Source: Auanema rhodensis | Lineage: Eukaryota > Animalia > Nematoda | DNA: 64,000 nt | NCBI GenBank assembly: GCA_964057225.1 | Contig: OZ059895.1 | Coordinates: 18,600,001 to 18,664,000, forward strand | Reading direction: 5' to 3' | Program-made: the position numbers and the translations under genes | Notes under the pieces: model-generated | Told to the model about the DNA's origin: nothing | Seen by the model: only the letters and a program-made list of their open reading frames with translations | Databases searched by the model: none | Part shown: positions 27,230-42,377 of the stretch, piece after piece | How the letters are laid out: each line of letters starts with the position of its first letter | Position numbering within the stretch: the stretch's first letter is position 1

Positions 27230-28398
27230 GAACAGAGGTATAAGTAGAATAGAAGAGACATCGAGACATTAATATAGAGGAACAGAGGTCGTACGGCAGT
27301 TAACCATCAATGTAATACTCCCAAATCATCTAGTTCAGATCTATTTTCTAATCCGCATAATAATTGTTATCCATAATTCCTATTGAGAGGCATAATGACC
27401 GACTGATATTCGGTTCGATGGTCGATGGCAATGCATCCTCGAGACAATCGTTCTCTCACTTCACGCTCTGCAACATTTCGTGCTCCGAACATTTATTTCC
27501 TTCATTGGCACGTGTCCTGTTTTTTACGAATTTGATGTGGACGAAAGCTTGATTCCGGAAGCAGTCAACGGTCTAGTTTCATATCATTCAACTATTAATT
27601 TCATTTACTATATCTTCTCTTTTTTGCTACATTTTGCCGACTTCTCCATTATTCTATTACAACATAGATTTCACTTGCAATATCGACAGTGTGAGAATAG
27701 ATCGCCTGTTCTGATTCAAAAATTTCTTGCCAAGACAAAGAGAGTGTGAGAATGTGAGAGTGCAAGCAACTGAAAGAGCATCATCATCAGAAATTTAGAT
27801 CTATAATCACTTCTAGTTGAGCTTGTCTATCTCATCCATCTAATCAAATGTCTTTCGTACAATTTGAATATGTTTCAAATCAACACTCATTTTTCCAAGA
27901 TATCTCACAACAGCAGAAAAACATGTGTGCATAATCCCATTCCGTAGCTGTTAATGGCTCATTTTGCTTCGCAACAAATTTTTCAAACTTTTACGAGCAA
28001 CCGTTCATCATTTATCTAATATATGAAATACGGAAATAGCTTCTTCACGTGCTTACGTGAACAAATAGAAAATATGTTAATTTATGTACGTGTAACACAA
28101 CTACTTGTTCTAGTGCCTATTCATTGAATCATTAATGTTTATTTATCTTTTTTACCCAATATGTTTGCATATCAACCATTATTTCCTGTACAATCATTCT
28201 GTTTTTTTGTGTACCTGCCTCTTAAGGCTTAAGCACTTATTGATTTGATATAGTTTCTGGAGATACTTATAATGCTTTTGCATTTGTTCCTACTCTAAGA
28301 CATGTTCTAAATTCTATTGAACTTGTACGTAGAGATGTCATTCATAGTCTCACACACACACTGACCACAACAACCCAAGGAGTCCTCAGCTCTCAAAT

Positions 28399-28460
28399 AG
28401 GGGTGGGGCGCCGAATCGCCTCTGCCCCGCCTCTGGGGTGTGTGTTATGTGTGCGTGTGT
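28399..28460. promoter_or_regulatory. GC-box cluster ~0.8 kb upstream of the smp-1 acceptor (29221); probable promoter
   Basis: GGGGTGGGGCG...GCCCCGCC SP/KLF-type boxes in an AT-rich context. Confidence 0.4.
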
Positions 28461-29267
28461 GTCTTTCTCTCTTAGTGGAGTGTACACTGTCTTCAATAGT
28501 TTTCTTTCTCAATATCTACCCTGTGCTCGCTGAACTCATAATTTCAATTAAGGCTCTATTTGAAATGAATTTATTAATATTTTCGCTTATGATATGTTGC
28601 ATTTCTCTGACTCTTCATCTGCTTCCCACAACATCACATCAATTTTCTGGGTCGTTTAAGCCACATGGTTCCTCAACTTCAACAGCCTTGCCCTCGTGCT
28701 TTCATTTCCTAATGAGATCTGTCTTATTTTAACTTTTTTTGAGGGAAATACTTTTCTCCCATTTTCCTCTCATCAATTGGAAACTATTCAACATCGTTCA
28801 ACCTCGTTTCCTTCTAGATGCACCCAGCCTCCCACAGTCATATTCATGGCCCGTTTTCTTCCTCATTTGTTTCCAGTTCTTTTTTCTTTTTTTGATCTTT
28901 ACGATGTTCATCTGGCTACCTTCCGTATGTTCTAGTAAAATTCTCTTTACTTGATTGGATTTAATGTTTTTCTTTCTACATATTGTGTTCATACCCTTTA
29001 TTCTTAACTCAAAGTCAATTCTTCTTTTCCTTATTCCATTGCTTACATTCTATCCTCATTAATTCTCGTTTACTGTCCTACATATGTAAGATTTTCAGAA
29101 TAATTTACTAGTTTCATTGCAATGTTAAAAAACTTTATAGTTTCTTAGCCATTGTACAACTTTTCTCTTAATTATATCCTTGTAAATATTATAGGTTTTA
29201 CTTAATTCTACTAATTTTCAGGTCTATGTTGCACATGTATTAACTAACTACGATCATATAACAAGAC

Positions 29268-32200
29268 ATGAGACTATTCTTGATTCTTATTTTCTCTTTA
29301 TTCAATCTAATTTTGACTTCAAGTCAATTTAACCGCCGACCGAAACAATCTGTAAATGCAGGTATGCTTTTTAAAAATTTCGTTCATTTATCTTTTTTTA
29401 TTTTTTTTTCTATTTGATTTCAAGTATATTGACATGATTTGAGTATTATGCCCATAATTAGAAGTTTATCCTTGTTCCTTTTATTGTTCTTTCACGCTCA
29501 CCTGATCTATGAATAGAGGTCATTTATGCCAGATAAGGAATATAGGTGTATATTTCGATAATCTGATGTTGTTTAACTCTCGTATCTGCTTCACCTCAGT
29601 GTGCCAGGCTTGTTCCTGAAAACAATGCCCTTTGAATTTTTCCCTCCGAGCCGTGTGACTTGCATTACCTTGTTTTCCTTATTTTTGCTTATTTTCCTCA
29701 AATTTTGTGGTTCTTTTTCTTTTAGTTTGGATACAGGGGAAAAAAGAATTTTTATCTGTTGACAATCTAGAAGTGTCTGCGAAGTCTTGCCGCTATCGTT
29801 GTTCATCTGTCGTTGAGGAGGTTATGCCCCCGGCAGTCCTTCGGATCATGTAACCGTTGGCCATCATGTCGCCTGCGCAATATGATTTGCTGTGCAAGAT
29901 ATCAAAACGAATCAACAACTATAGAAGGCTGGGGTGCGGGAGTATTAGACGAAGAAGAACGAGGCTGAGGTGCTAGCGGTAGTGGTGAATATGATGGTGT
30001 ATGTGATACGCATAAAGAGATATATGCTTGAGATATCGTAAACCGTCACCTTTTTCTCATTTCTCTACACGATGTCTTGTGTCCTATCATTTCCGATCTG
30101 ATATAGCCGCATGCTGATGATATGACTAGACGGAACCTCGTCAAATCTGGCAACCATTTATTTCTTTTTGGACAACCATAAACGGACAAAATGGACAGTC
30201 GGAAGATGTTGTTTCCAAATCTGTCACAATACAACCAACTAGCTGTATATGTTTCAGCCCCTTTGAAGTATGTATGTGGTGAAAAAGTCTTAAAAGCCTG
30301 GATTAATATGTATATATAAATATTCCTGTACTTTTCCACTATATCCATTAGCAAGTTGTTGTATGATTAGGCTGTTCTATAAACTATATATATATAGTTA
30401 GTATTATCTTATTATGGTATGTTTATAGGATTATATATAAACAGAATGGTCACTTAATCTATGCCATTGGCTAAATATGACCTAAAATTCATTATTTATA
30501 TGATTTTTGTTGTTTTTCGCACTCACTTCTCTTATCGACAAGATCATTTGAGCCCAATAGCAAAATGCTTGATTGTGTATATATGACTTCGACATGTGGA
30601 TAAAGGCAATTTGATTATGGAATTTATTGGTCACAAATGGATAATGATCCCCCTACCACGTTTACGCATCATTACCTAAACCATACGCACAGACTCTGTG
30701 CTTATCTAATGAAATTCTCTGTTCTCAGTTATGCTGCTAAATTAAGCGGCACGGAAAACTTGATGAAAAGGTCATCTTTCGACTGTCCTTGAGATGTACC
30801 TTCTTAAGTGGTTTTACTAAAATGAAGCTCGTTTATAAATTTCTGTTTATTTCCATTTTCATCTTGCGGTTAGCATCTTCTTTCGTCTCTTTCCTCCCAG
30901 TTTAGGCACAGTTCTAGTCCGGCCTGAGAATCTTCTCCCAACAATTCTTCACAGTTGTTCCAACAAGTAGTATTGTTTACGTTCGGGCCATTTATGGAAA
31001 TTGAGGAAAAATGTTCTATAGATCGAACAATATGCTTGCAGCTCTTTCCGCCACTTGAACATCTGCCAGCATTGACACGCATTTTTTTTGCCTCAATCAT
31101 CCGTACTTTCGGTTTTTATCTGCCATTCTGTTTCATTACATTCGAACATGCAGGGTTTCACATGTAACAGATACAACACATGATCCTGTACATGCGACAG
31201 GATCTATGAGATTGACATGAGACTTTGTAGACAATATACGGATTTACCGAATTTTTTCCACCATCGTCATCTTTCAATTGGTGCTGATGATGAACTCGAC
31301 ATAAACACAACGGCTTTGCATAGCATGATGCCGATGATGATGAGTATGACGTGTGACCTTTGAGATTCTTTTGTTATTTTTTTCTACCTCTATTCTATCT
31401 GTATCTTATGGCTTCTATTTAATCCAAATGACCTAGTACTGACCTAGACTTCCAGATATCTCTTGGAGTGAAAGCCCCGTGTTTACTTCTTCTTGCGTAG
31501 TTCAGAAGTAGAGAAAAAGTAGAAAAATGTGCTAATTTATTAGATTATTTTCAATTCAATCAAGATGACAGTATTTTGATTTATTGGCACAACTAATGAG
31601 TCTAACGTCTGATTATTAGATGACCAATATTCAATGATGTTTAATTCACATCTCATTCATCTCCTTTTTTGCTTTATTAGAAAAGCTGTCGTTTAATTTG
31701 TTTTCACACACACGTTAATTTACTCTAAATTTCCTTATTTTGCATGACAAAGCTGGCTACATGGGTATGATTATATGGAGACGATGACTGATGGATAACT
31801 GGTTATGCCTAAATACGGTCCTTGAGCTTTGTATGCATTGTGATCTATCGGAAGATGACATAGCCGTAGCTGGATATTAGCCATTGTCAGACATGTCGCT
31901 TTTCGCTCACAGAATTTATGCTTGCTTCATCGTAGTAGTTGTCGCGATACAGTGCGGACACTTGTGATTGTGCCTGTCGGCAGTATGGGGTTATGAAAAA
32001 AGAATCAGACGTTAGAACGGAACATCTGTTTAGTTCAAGAATTGATATGTTGACAGTACTTATGTGATGTTTCTGCTCTTCATATTACACGACTTACACA
32101 GAAATAAACCATAGCCTGGGCTGCTCCTTCCTTCCTTTTCACTAACTTCCTTCCGTCCATCAAACCATCTTTCACTATTCTTCATCGCTTGCACACGTTG

Positions 32201-35200
32201 TCATCGTATATAGCGTTAGTAAGGTTAGAAAGGAAGGTAATAACAATACGAAACGTCAACAAACTGTCTACAAACGAATCTTTTGTTCTTTTCTAAGGGG
32301 CTGAAGAAGTGAGAAGGTCTTATGCTGTGTCGTAGAAAGGATAGAAATTTTGCGACAAGAGCGAAAGCTTCTTGAATCTGTGTAGTCTCAATGACAATTG
32401 TTCGGATTTCACGTTCACATCATCAGCTGCGGCTTCATCAAAATGCACAAAAAAAGCTTTGGGCTTGTGTTTTTCTCTATAACCAAAACGGGAATTGGGG
32501 TGCGAAATTTATGAAATTCGATTGAGTCTATCCGGTCGAAACGAGAGAAAAGCTCAACATCAGGCTATGGCAGCAGCATTTCTTTCAAATCCGATTATTC
32601 TCAGATTTCATGCCTTCGAAATGCTTTTTCCGTTCCGTTTCTTTTTACATGTATTTTTTGGATCTAGAAGAAGATTAATCTGTGATGAAGTAGGATTAGA
32701 TGATGCTTCATATGAATCTGAGAAACCATGGGTTTTTTGGGGTTTTGTGTATGTTAGCATAGCATGACCGTATTCGATTCTAAATCCAACCTCAATCTGT
32801 CCATCACACACACGACTTCTTTGCTTACTTTCCCAAGCCAATGAAGGAAAGTTGTTTCGGCTGACTGACTAACTGAGATGATAGAAGGAAGAGAGAGAGG
32901 GAGAGAGACTAGCTATAGCTGATTGAGCAAAACTCGTAAAAAGCGTTAATAAGATATCGAAAACCGGTATTTGCTAATTGGAAAACGGTCTACCACACTT
33001 ATGTACAGGAGTTAGCGGACAGTCTTAATTGGTTTTTGTAAGTTGCGGTTGTCTTTTTGGCTCCAACGATCACATTAAAACACAAAGACGAGCGAATATG
33101 GTAGAAAGATACAAGTTGCACAGAAAGTTGCGATTACCTCTTTGTGTACTTCTCTTTTTCTATTCCGCTCGTAATTAATTCGGTCTCTTGTTTTCAGTTC
33201 AGTCTCATCTGTTTTCATGCTTTGTCATCTAAGTTCTTTCTCTCTTTTTTCGGGACATTTTCAATATATCAATGAAAAAAAGAGAAATATAGATCTGTTT
33301 TTCCTTCTTAATTAGATGTATACCGAAGGACTCTTCACATTCAGATGATGATGAGTGGATGGCAATCTTTTCATAATTTGAACCTCAACCTTCGCCTCCT
33401 TCAAGGGCCGTGCTTTGCCTCTTCTATTATTGCTCTTTTACCTCAATCCATTCAATTCTCAGATTTTTTCTTTTATGTTTCCAATTCCTATTAACGATTT
33501 GGCTCTTTCATGTTTCCGAACATGATACATGCTGAACCTACCTGAAGAGAAGTAATTTTCTTATTCTATAGCCTATCTCCCCTCTTTTGCTTTCTGTCAT
33601 TTTTTTGATCAAGTTCTTACACTTCATTTCGTTGACGAGGCTCAAAAATCAAAACCAAATCGGAGGGAAGCAAAATAATAAGAATCATGAAGCGATGTTG
33701 ATTACATATTCTATAAGCTCATAAGACGATGTCAGTCGGTGTCGGCGGCGGTCAGCACAACGCATAGAATACGGTCTCCAGACGAAGACGAGTTCCGGTT
33801 CTGCCTTAGCTGGAAGGCATTATAGCTGAATTAGCTCATTATCTCTTTTGTAAATCTTATGTTTCATCAGCATTATGCTCATTCCTTTCATTTTCTATAA
33901 CCACAAATGACCAGTCTATGTGATTTCCGGCTCTGCAACACATGCTCGTAGAATGCGGCAACATCAAATAGATCAAATACAGAAGATGATATAACATATC
34001 CGGCTTAAAGTCCTTCATTGAAAGGCATAATAGAACAAAAAGGAAATACGCCCGTCAATAACCGAAGAACCCTATATGGTTTACTAATCCTATTATCTAA
34101 TAACCTGTGCCACTGCAATTGCAAGACGATGAAATCAGACAAAAGACAGCAGTGGGGGAAACAAACAAGCAAGCTTAATATTCTGGAGCAAACTGTATAT
34201 AGTTGATGATGCAAGAATACGAAAAAGATGCAGACGAAGTGTTAAGATGCAAGCTTGCAAATAGGAAGAACCTAACGAAGCGGGCATAGTTGGATTAGTT
34301 TTATGCAATGTTTCATCTTATGCTACTTCTTGACGCCTCTATTGTATCATGACACGAAAATGAAACAAATGAATAAGAACATCAATCGAAGAAATGTATT
34401 TTTGGAATTATATACATAGAGGATTAAGCGGTCCTCATACAATCTACCTTCAATAATAAAGATATTTGAGATGTTAACCATACGGGTCTGGGCTTGTTAT
34501 TAACCTCGACACATAGCATCTATATATTATCGTCACCTCGATAATTCTCATCATCTACTCTGTTCTTCATTCATTCATAATGAAGAGGAAGTTACCGAAG
34601 ACAGAAGCGAAAGGGTCATCGTTGTCTTTTGGCAAAGTTTTAGCAGAATAGAATTGATGAGTGAGTGAGTGAGTGAGTGAGTGACATACACGGAGAAAAG
34701 AAGAGGGGGTGAGAGAGATGAGAAAAGACACTAGGAGAAATAGAAATAATAAAATCATGTGCGGTCATTCATGTACCAACTTGTCTCTCTTTCTCTCACT
34801 TTGTCCGTCATTCATTAACAGGTACAAGAAAATAGACGTTCTGACCTTGTTTTATCTACTGTTTTCAATTGAAATTTCCCCTTCTATCTATCTCTTTCTC
34901 ATAACTAAAGTTACATCATTCAAGGGATTCATAAAAGAATTTCCATAAATCTATAGAAAGGGGTGTTGAAGATATAGAAGAACAGATAAAGAAGTTGAGA
35001 GAAATGCTTAATAGTGGGAGAGTAATGAGTACAATGTCAGTTGTGCCTATCTAATCCTCTAAAACGGATTTATATCACTGATCCAATCAACTAATTAATC
35101 TCATTCCTCTCTTTGCTCGTGCTTATCCAATGTTACATTCTGAATTTTGAAAGGAAAATATGCATTGGATGAGATAAAATGACAATATCATCTAACAACT

Positions 35201-38200
35201 GTTTTGGCTACATATCACTTGTTGCTGAAACATTTTCATTTTATCTCATTTCCTTACTTCTTTCTCTATCTCATTTGTACCTAATGGGCTCTCTTATCAC
35301 AATTTGAAGTCTAATACACTGTTCTTTTTTGGTAATAAGGATTCAAGTGCTTCAAACAGAAACGGATTTAAGTGTTCTAAGGTTGAATACGATTGGAAAA
35401 CCTTCAACACTGTACATGGTAATCATTGCCATATGGAATTGAAAACTGAGGTCTAAATGAATGGATATTAGAACACACCACCTGCAGCTTGTCATTAAGC
35501 CATCTCCTTTTACGTCTTGAGAACTCGTGAAACTGTATGCGCGGCTTGCTTGCCCGACAGACAATCTGCTTATTTTGGGAGAGGTGACTGCTGCTAGTAC
35601 TACGACTGCTGCTACTGCTGTTGAATGATTGCAGCAATTTTTCATGCTTCGAGCTAATATTGGTATGCCGCTGCAGGACGCCAAATGAGAAAGCAGATTT
35701 GCCCTTCTATGAGCAGGTTGTACGGTTGAGAAAGACGTGATTTTCAATACTATCCATCTTCAGATGGGAAGCAGTATATGCTAAGGGACTGCTGTTGAGC
35801 TAAATGGATGAGAATCATCCGCATTTCACATCTTGCCAATTACCATATAGTCACAGACAGATGGGCTCAGGGTGTATGAAGTGCCATGACATGAAGGGCT
35901 CTGTATGCCATACTCTCTTATTTCTTTTATTTTTCTAATACTTCGCCAATGAATAGAACAGAAGTACACAAGATAAAGCAATCTGATCTTTCATCCTTCA
36001 GATGACAGTTGTCCTGTTCTATGCTATGTGTGCATGTTGTGTATATATGTGTGTGTGACCCTATGCTGAACTGTATTTTGAGTTGATCGTACTACACACA
36101 CGATGAAGGGACGAACAAGGGTCTGTAGGTAGCCAAAAGAAAATTAATATGACTGGAAGAAAAAGAGAAAAGTTCTATATGTTATACGTCCAACTTGGAG
36201 ACGGAGAATAGAAGTAAACGAGAAAAGAGACGTGGTTATCGGAGTACAGATTAGTATACAACGATTACGACTTCAACGTACTCGCTGTTGATTCATAGAA
36301 ACAAGACAAGTAAGATAAGAATCATTCTCTTCTCCTTTTTCTTCTTTTTCCACTGATCGCTACCAATTATTCTCGTAATCATCATACCAAGTTGAAATAC
36401 GACGTGACAGCTTCAGATGTACTACACCGTAAACAATTGTTGTTTTGGAGCTACAAAAAAACTGTTATGGCTCTTTTTTTGTTGTAAGTCTGTTTGAAAA
36501 ATAAGTTTATCTGACCTGTGAATGGTGAAGCTATTCATCTAAAACATCATTTTTCTACATTTCTTTCATTGGGGGTAAAAAGTTCCAACACATATACTCA
36601 CACAATGTGACACAATTATGAGACGACAAGCCATATACCCGACTTGAACTGGTCTGAGATCACTTATTACACGAAATGCGTTTGTTCTCTCGGTTCCGAT
36701 CGAGCGCAAGATAGAAAGAGGGACAGTAGTAGGTTAGAGAGAAACGATTGAGTGAAAACCAAAAAACACAGAAAAGGCAAGAAAACGAGAGTGTGGAAGA
36801 GGACAAGAAGTTCAATAGTGGAATTTGTATCTAATAATTCCTCTTTTCTTCTTTCTCGACCTTCTCAACTATCGTTCTGTCCATTTCGATACCCGTTATT
36901 CTTCTCTTTTCTAGTTAAAAAATGGAAAAATACCCTCTCAAAAGTTAATTTGTGCCTCTTGGGAGTGATCCAAACAGGTCAGGAGCTAGTATAGAGAACA
37001 TCTAACGGAACTCAGCGGACATATTAACCTTATTCAATGTGCTTCTTGTATTATCGAGAACTGAGAAAAGACCAGTGTTCGAGAACACTTTCAGCAATTG
37101 GATGCCGGAAAGATCATAGCCGAATCCCCTGCTGATATTGGTGACCTATTACCTTCAGCTGGTTCATAGCTCGAATTAACTTGGCCACCAGCAATGCTAA
37201 GCAAATGCTGTTTTCGCTGTCGATTTGCCGATTGCATCAAAGAAGGTATCAATGACGGTAGCCAATTGAGGGAAACACAGTGGGATATTTCCATTTCTCA
37301 AGATGCAGGGAATGAATGAGGAGATTGAATAAGACGATGATGATGATGGTGTGAAATATGTCTTTCTTGTGGTATTCCAAGCTCGAGAAATCTCGAGGGA
37401 AAAAAAGCAACACATGCTATATATTTTTGTGAATTGGTCTTAAAGTGGCCAGCCGTTGGCGAGATGTGTGGTAGACGCAGGACTACATGATATGCTACTA
37501 ATCGATCTTGATCCTCTGAAAATCTCGGGGGACGATAACGTCGCTGGCTATTCGTCTATGACTTTGATGAACCATGTTGTTCAGATGTATATGCCGGAAC
37601 ACAAGATATACATATAGATTCCGAAGGCAAGAGACAGAATGGGGATGTGACAACAAGCTGACATCGCTTATCACAACAGTACATCATTTTCAATTTCGCT
37701 GTTGTTTTGATTGGCTTACCTCATTAGTTCAAGAACGTTCATGTTTTTGTTCATGACCTCAAACCTATCAGAATCTGGACAGGGATAGCTTAAGACACTT
37801 GACATACAGATGTTTCACTATAATTGAAAATGCTAATTCATTTCCTTGACACCTTGGCAGTATTGCTGATTTGACATTTCTAATTTCTATTTCTAATTGA
37901 AAATCTGAACGAAAAATGGGTGATGTTTCAATATCATTGTGATAACAGAGAGAGTACGGGCTCGCGTGACTCGGACACATTTATCGTTATAAATGAAAAG
38001 TTATGTTGAAAGTGAAAGAATTACGGAGACTTGGCATAAATGAATAAATTTGAAATGATTTGAAGTATGTGATGATCCTTTGTTCAATAAATATAATACT
38101 CTAATCATGTCGTATATCTGGCGAAAATGGTGTTAGTATTTGAAGAATTTCTAATTTCTTATTTTCAGTTGGGCTTGGATATCGTTTTGGTGGACGTGGA

Positions 38201-41200
38201 GCTGCTTCATCCGATGAAAGTGACCATTTCAAGCTTTTAGCCTTAGATGGAGATAGTCTATTAGTTGGAGCTAAGTAAGTTATTCTTTCTCTCATTGATT
38301 AGCATGTCACCCTCCTGGGGGGTGTTGCGATATTCAAGATGGGAATTGCTGTGTGTGCCAAGCATTCGACGACTATCATCTGCTCTGATTACACTTACCA
38401 TATAATTTTGAATATTTTATACGATGGGGTGGAAAAGGGCAACATGATGAGTGAGGGATCGCTGATGATTCTACGACCATATAAACATGAAATGCAGCCT
38501 GACATCTCACCTCTTGCCATTAGCAGATAAGGTCACGAATATTCGTTCATTGATATCTGAACGCAGGCTTGCTAACTTCGCGATCAGATATGCCTTGTTG
38601 ACTTTGAGAGTTTGGTTAAGTATTTGGTTGTCCAGCAGACGTATATCTCTACCACTTCTCGACGTGTCAATAAGACAGAAGGGGTGTGTATGTGTATACG
38701 TATCCAAAACTTTGTGTGTTTTAGATAAGTTGTTGCCAGGTAAGAAGTATGAACGCAAATGGTTATAGACATAATTTGCATTAATCTTATATTGAATTAT
38801 GCAAAAACTGTGGGATGAATAGTTACTGGGAAACTCACGAAGATATGACTCAATTAGTAGTCAAGAGAGCGATGAATAAGACGTTTATTCAAACTGGCAT
38901 ATTTGATATGTTCTCATTGCTTAATCTCTATATACCTAATCATCTCGAGATGCCTTGTGTGAGGGCTGAATCACTCATTTCTAAGCAATTGACACGCATG
39001 AAAGCTAGTAAGCATAGCTATCCATGACAAGTCAGCTTGTATATGTGTTCATCTCGACATGTGTGGTCTATGTCACGCAATAGAAATAGCTAACCTTTAA
39101 TAATGCTTTCAACTCATTATATTTTATGAAAGTTGTGCAGGGAAGGGGGGTGGGCTTAGTCATGGTAAAAGTTTCATTCAGTATTGTTGTTGTTGCATAA
39201 AAGAATACTAAAGATTCAATTGAAAAAGTAAAATGTTGTATACCATTGACCGAAAAAAAAAAAATGAAGAATTGAATAACGTAAAATACGACCGTTCTCT
39301 GGCAATGAAATTTAGAAATGACCATAACATTAAAACATTTTTTATTGTTTTTGCTAATTAGCATTTAATATAAATAATATAAATAATTAAATTGCTCATG
39401 ATAACGAACAATTTGCGTCAAAGGGTTGTCCAAACGAACGTAAATTTTCGGTACTCAAAAAGACGGGATGGTGTTCGATTTCAAAGAAAGCTTGTCATCT
39501 GGTTAGTTGACGGAAAGATTGTATAAGTCTGTAAACGTATAGTCTTTATTCGTATTCTATAGAACAGCAGTAGCAGCAGCAGCATCAGCATCTGTTCTAT
39601 AATATAATGATGACGAGAAGAGAAGGGAACAAACGGGTGTCTGTTTCACACCATATTTGTCTACTTGTTAAATTTTGATGGTCAAATATGGTAAAAGGAA
39701 ATTGTTAGCTGGGGATCGAACACTGTCTTCCAAAGTAAATCAAAAAACACGAAAAAAAAATCAATTTGTAATTTTTTTTCATGTTTTTTCCACAAATTGG
39801 CTTTCAAGTTGAAAACGAATAATTTGTTTAAATATAAAGCTAAATTTGAATTTAAAGCTCGGTTTAAATATAAATAAATGTTGGATTTAGTTTTTTACAG
39901 AAAAAGCTAAATAAACAAACATTATTTCTAATGTTTTTGTTCTTATTTTAGTTATATTTTCTTTATTTTCAGAAATGCAGTATACAATCTGTCTCTTTCA
40001 ACTCTCAAGGTTCATCATGTATGTTTTAAATAAGTTTTTACAATAATCATATTATGTATGTTGCAGACGATAAACTGGGCTCCACCAGCAAGTATAATCG
40101 AAGAATGCATGATGAAGGGCAAATCAAAGGTATAATTATTAAAATATGCTGAAGTTATATACATATATTCTTCAGGGAGATTGCCAAAACTATATCCGTG
40201 TATTAGCTTCACAAGCTAACGGCAAATGTTTAATCTGTGGAACTCATGCCTTCTCACCAAAATGTCGTGAATATTCCTATGATGCTGTCGATGGACAATT
40301 AAGAGATCGTCGCCAATTCGACGGAGTGGTACGTATTGCATATTCTCCAGCACGTATTTCAGTATTGTAATTTTAGGGAATTTCCCCTTTTGATCCACGA
40401 GACAATTCCACGGCCCTTTATATACCCGAAACGAGCGAAATATTTACCGGAACTGTATCAGATTTTATTGGAAACGACCCATTAATATATAAAAAAAATA
40501 TTAATAATGCTAAAGATGTTGGCCTTCGCACAAGTCGAAGTGATGCTAGAGTGCTTGACAGCCCAAATTTTGTTGGTTCATTCGTTTTTGGAGATTACGT
40601 CTACTATTGGTATCGCGAATGGGCAGCTGAAGCAATGGATAATAATGAAGAAAGACAGGTAACTTATTGACTATCTTTATCATATAACCAACTATATGTT
40701 TTAGATCTATTCTCGTGTAGCTCGAGTCTGTAAGCGGGATCGTGGTGGTCCTCGACCAGGTAATGAACGCTGGACTTCATTCATCAAAGCGCGATTAAAT
40801 TGTTCGTTACCATCCGCTACTCCTTTCTATTTCAATGAAATAAGTACGTTTACTGATTTTTTTGTACTATTCTTAACACAAAACATGTTTAGAAGCAGTT
40901 TCGGAACCCATACCATCTGGGAACGACCATACAGTTTACGCTGTTTTCTCAACTCCCGAGTCAGCTCTGCAGATGACGGCTGTATGTTCTTTTTCAATGA
41001 AAAAGATCAACGATCTGTTTGAATACGATACATTCAAATACCAGGTTTGCTTATATTTTCCATCCGAATCGTTCATTCATGTATTGTTTTCAGAGGAGCC
41101 CCAACTCCATATGGGAACCATATTCAAGAAATGAAATTCCTAAACCCCGTCCCGGAAGTTGTGTACCAGATTCTACCAAACTACCAGAAACTACAATATC

Positions 41201-42377
41201 TTTCTTGACAAGAAATCCATTGATTCATAGAGCTGTAGAATCTACATCACTTCCTCTTCTAATCGAGGGATCCGAACGAGCCGATCTCACACAAATTACC
41301 GTTCTTAGCGGAGTGAGTTTAATTTCTTGGTTTTTAATTTTTACTTAGTAATCAGAAATGTATTAGTATTTTTTTTATTTTTCAGGTGAAATCAGTCAGT
41401 GGTCAGAAGTACAATATTCTATACTTGGGAACTTCTGATGGACGAATTATGAAGACTATCAGTATTGATGGTAACTCAACCATTATCGAATCTACTAATG
41501 TTTTTGGAAAAAATAATCCAGTGGTTTGTTTAGGAAATTTTTGGATGAAAGCTTTATGCTCATACTTCCAGGTTAATTTACTCTCTAAAGAAGACCAACT
41601 TGTCATTGTTTCTCCTGATGAAATAGCTGCTCTACCCCTTCATCACTGTGGTCAACAAACATCCTGTAGTCGCTGTGTGGCTTTACAGGATCCACATTGT
41701 GCCTGGGACTTGAATAGCGCTAGATGTGTCAATAGCTTTAGTTGGAATGGAGGCCATTTCATTCAAAATATTGAAATTGGCATGTCTGCTCAATGTCCTG
41801 AAGGCATTATCATCCACGATGCTTTCACCGAAGATGCTCCAATTTCTGAAAAATCAACTATTCGTGCTAGCTCATTCACTAATCAAAGTCTAATCCTTGC
41901 TTGCATCCTGTCAGCTACTGTAGCTTTAGTAATTGGTGGATTGGTAAGTTCATTTCATTATCTCCGACTTAAGGGTAATTATCAATTTTGTTCAGATTGG
42001 TCTGCAACTAGGAAAAGCTAGAGCATTATCGGATCAACATCATTCTGCTTCTTCTACCAGTGGCTCTGACTACGATAGTTATGGAAGAGCTCGACTAACA
42101 CGACATGATTCACTGACCACATCAGCCAAGATTGAGCATGTATACGGTGCACAGCAGAAAGCCGTAAGAATCTTAGCTTCTCGTTTTGTATGATATGTGA
42201 TTGTGTTTGTAGAGTATGGATGCAACATCAATGGTTCTAAACATGCCAGTTGGAATGAGCATTAGTCAGCATGGTAGCGGCATTAACACGCCTTCGCGTG
42301 ATAAAAATGCCATCATGACTTCCATCAATCAAAATACATTACCGCGAGATTATAAGGTTAAAAAGGTTTACTTGTAG
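29268..42377 (+). CDS. smp-1: Transmembrane semaphorin-1a (signal peptide, Sema and PSI domains, TM, C-terminal KKVYL)
   Basis: Signal-peptide exon 29268-29361 ([31 protein letters not shown]) is followed by an 8.8 kb intron. Exon 38169-38274 contains [21 protein letters not shown]. Later exons (39973-42377) give [54 protein letters not shown], a TM segment and ...[13 protein letters not shown], matching recalled SMP-1. Confidence 0.95.
34658..34684. repeat. (GAGT)n tetranucleotide repeat, smp-1 intron 1
   Basis: Read directly from the sequence. Confidence 0.9.

Noticed and set aside
16400-29200. Many 60-117 aa ORFs in the ahr-1/smp-1 intergenic region
   Set aside because: F/L/S/I-rich translations of T-rich DNA, often starting at non-ATG codons; I could not build a coherent spliced gene.
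35352-35747. 131-aa minus-strand ORF in smp-1 intron 1
   Set aside because: No recognisable domain or splice structure, and partly a CAG/TAG triplet run.
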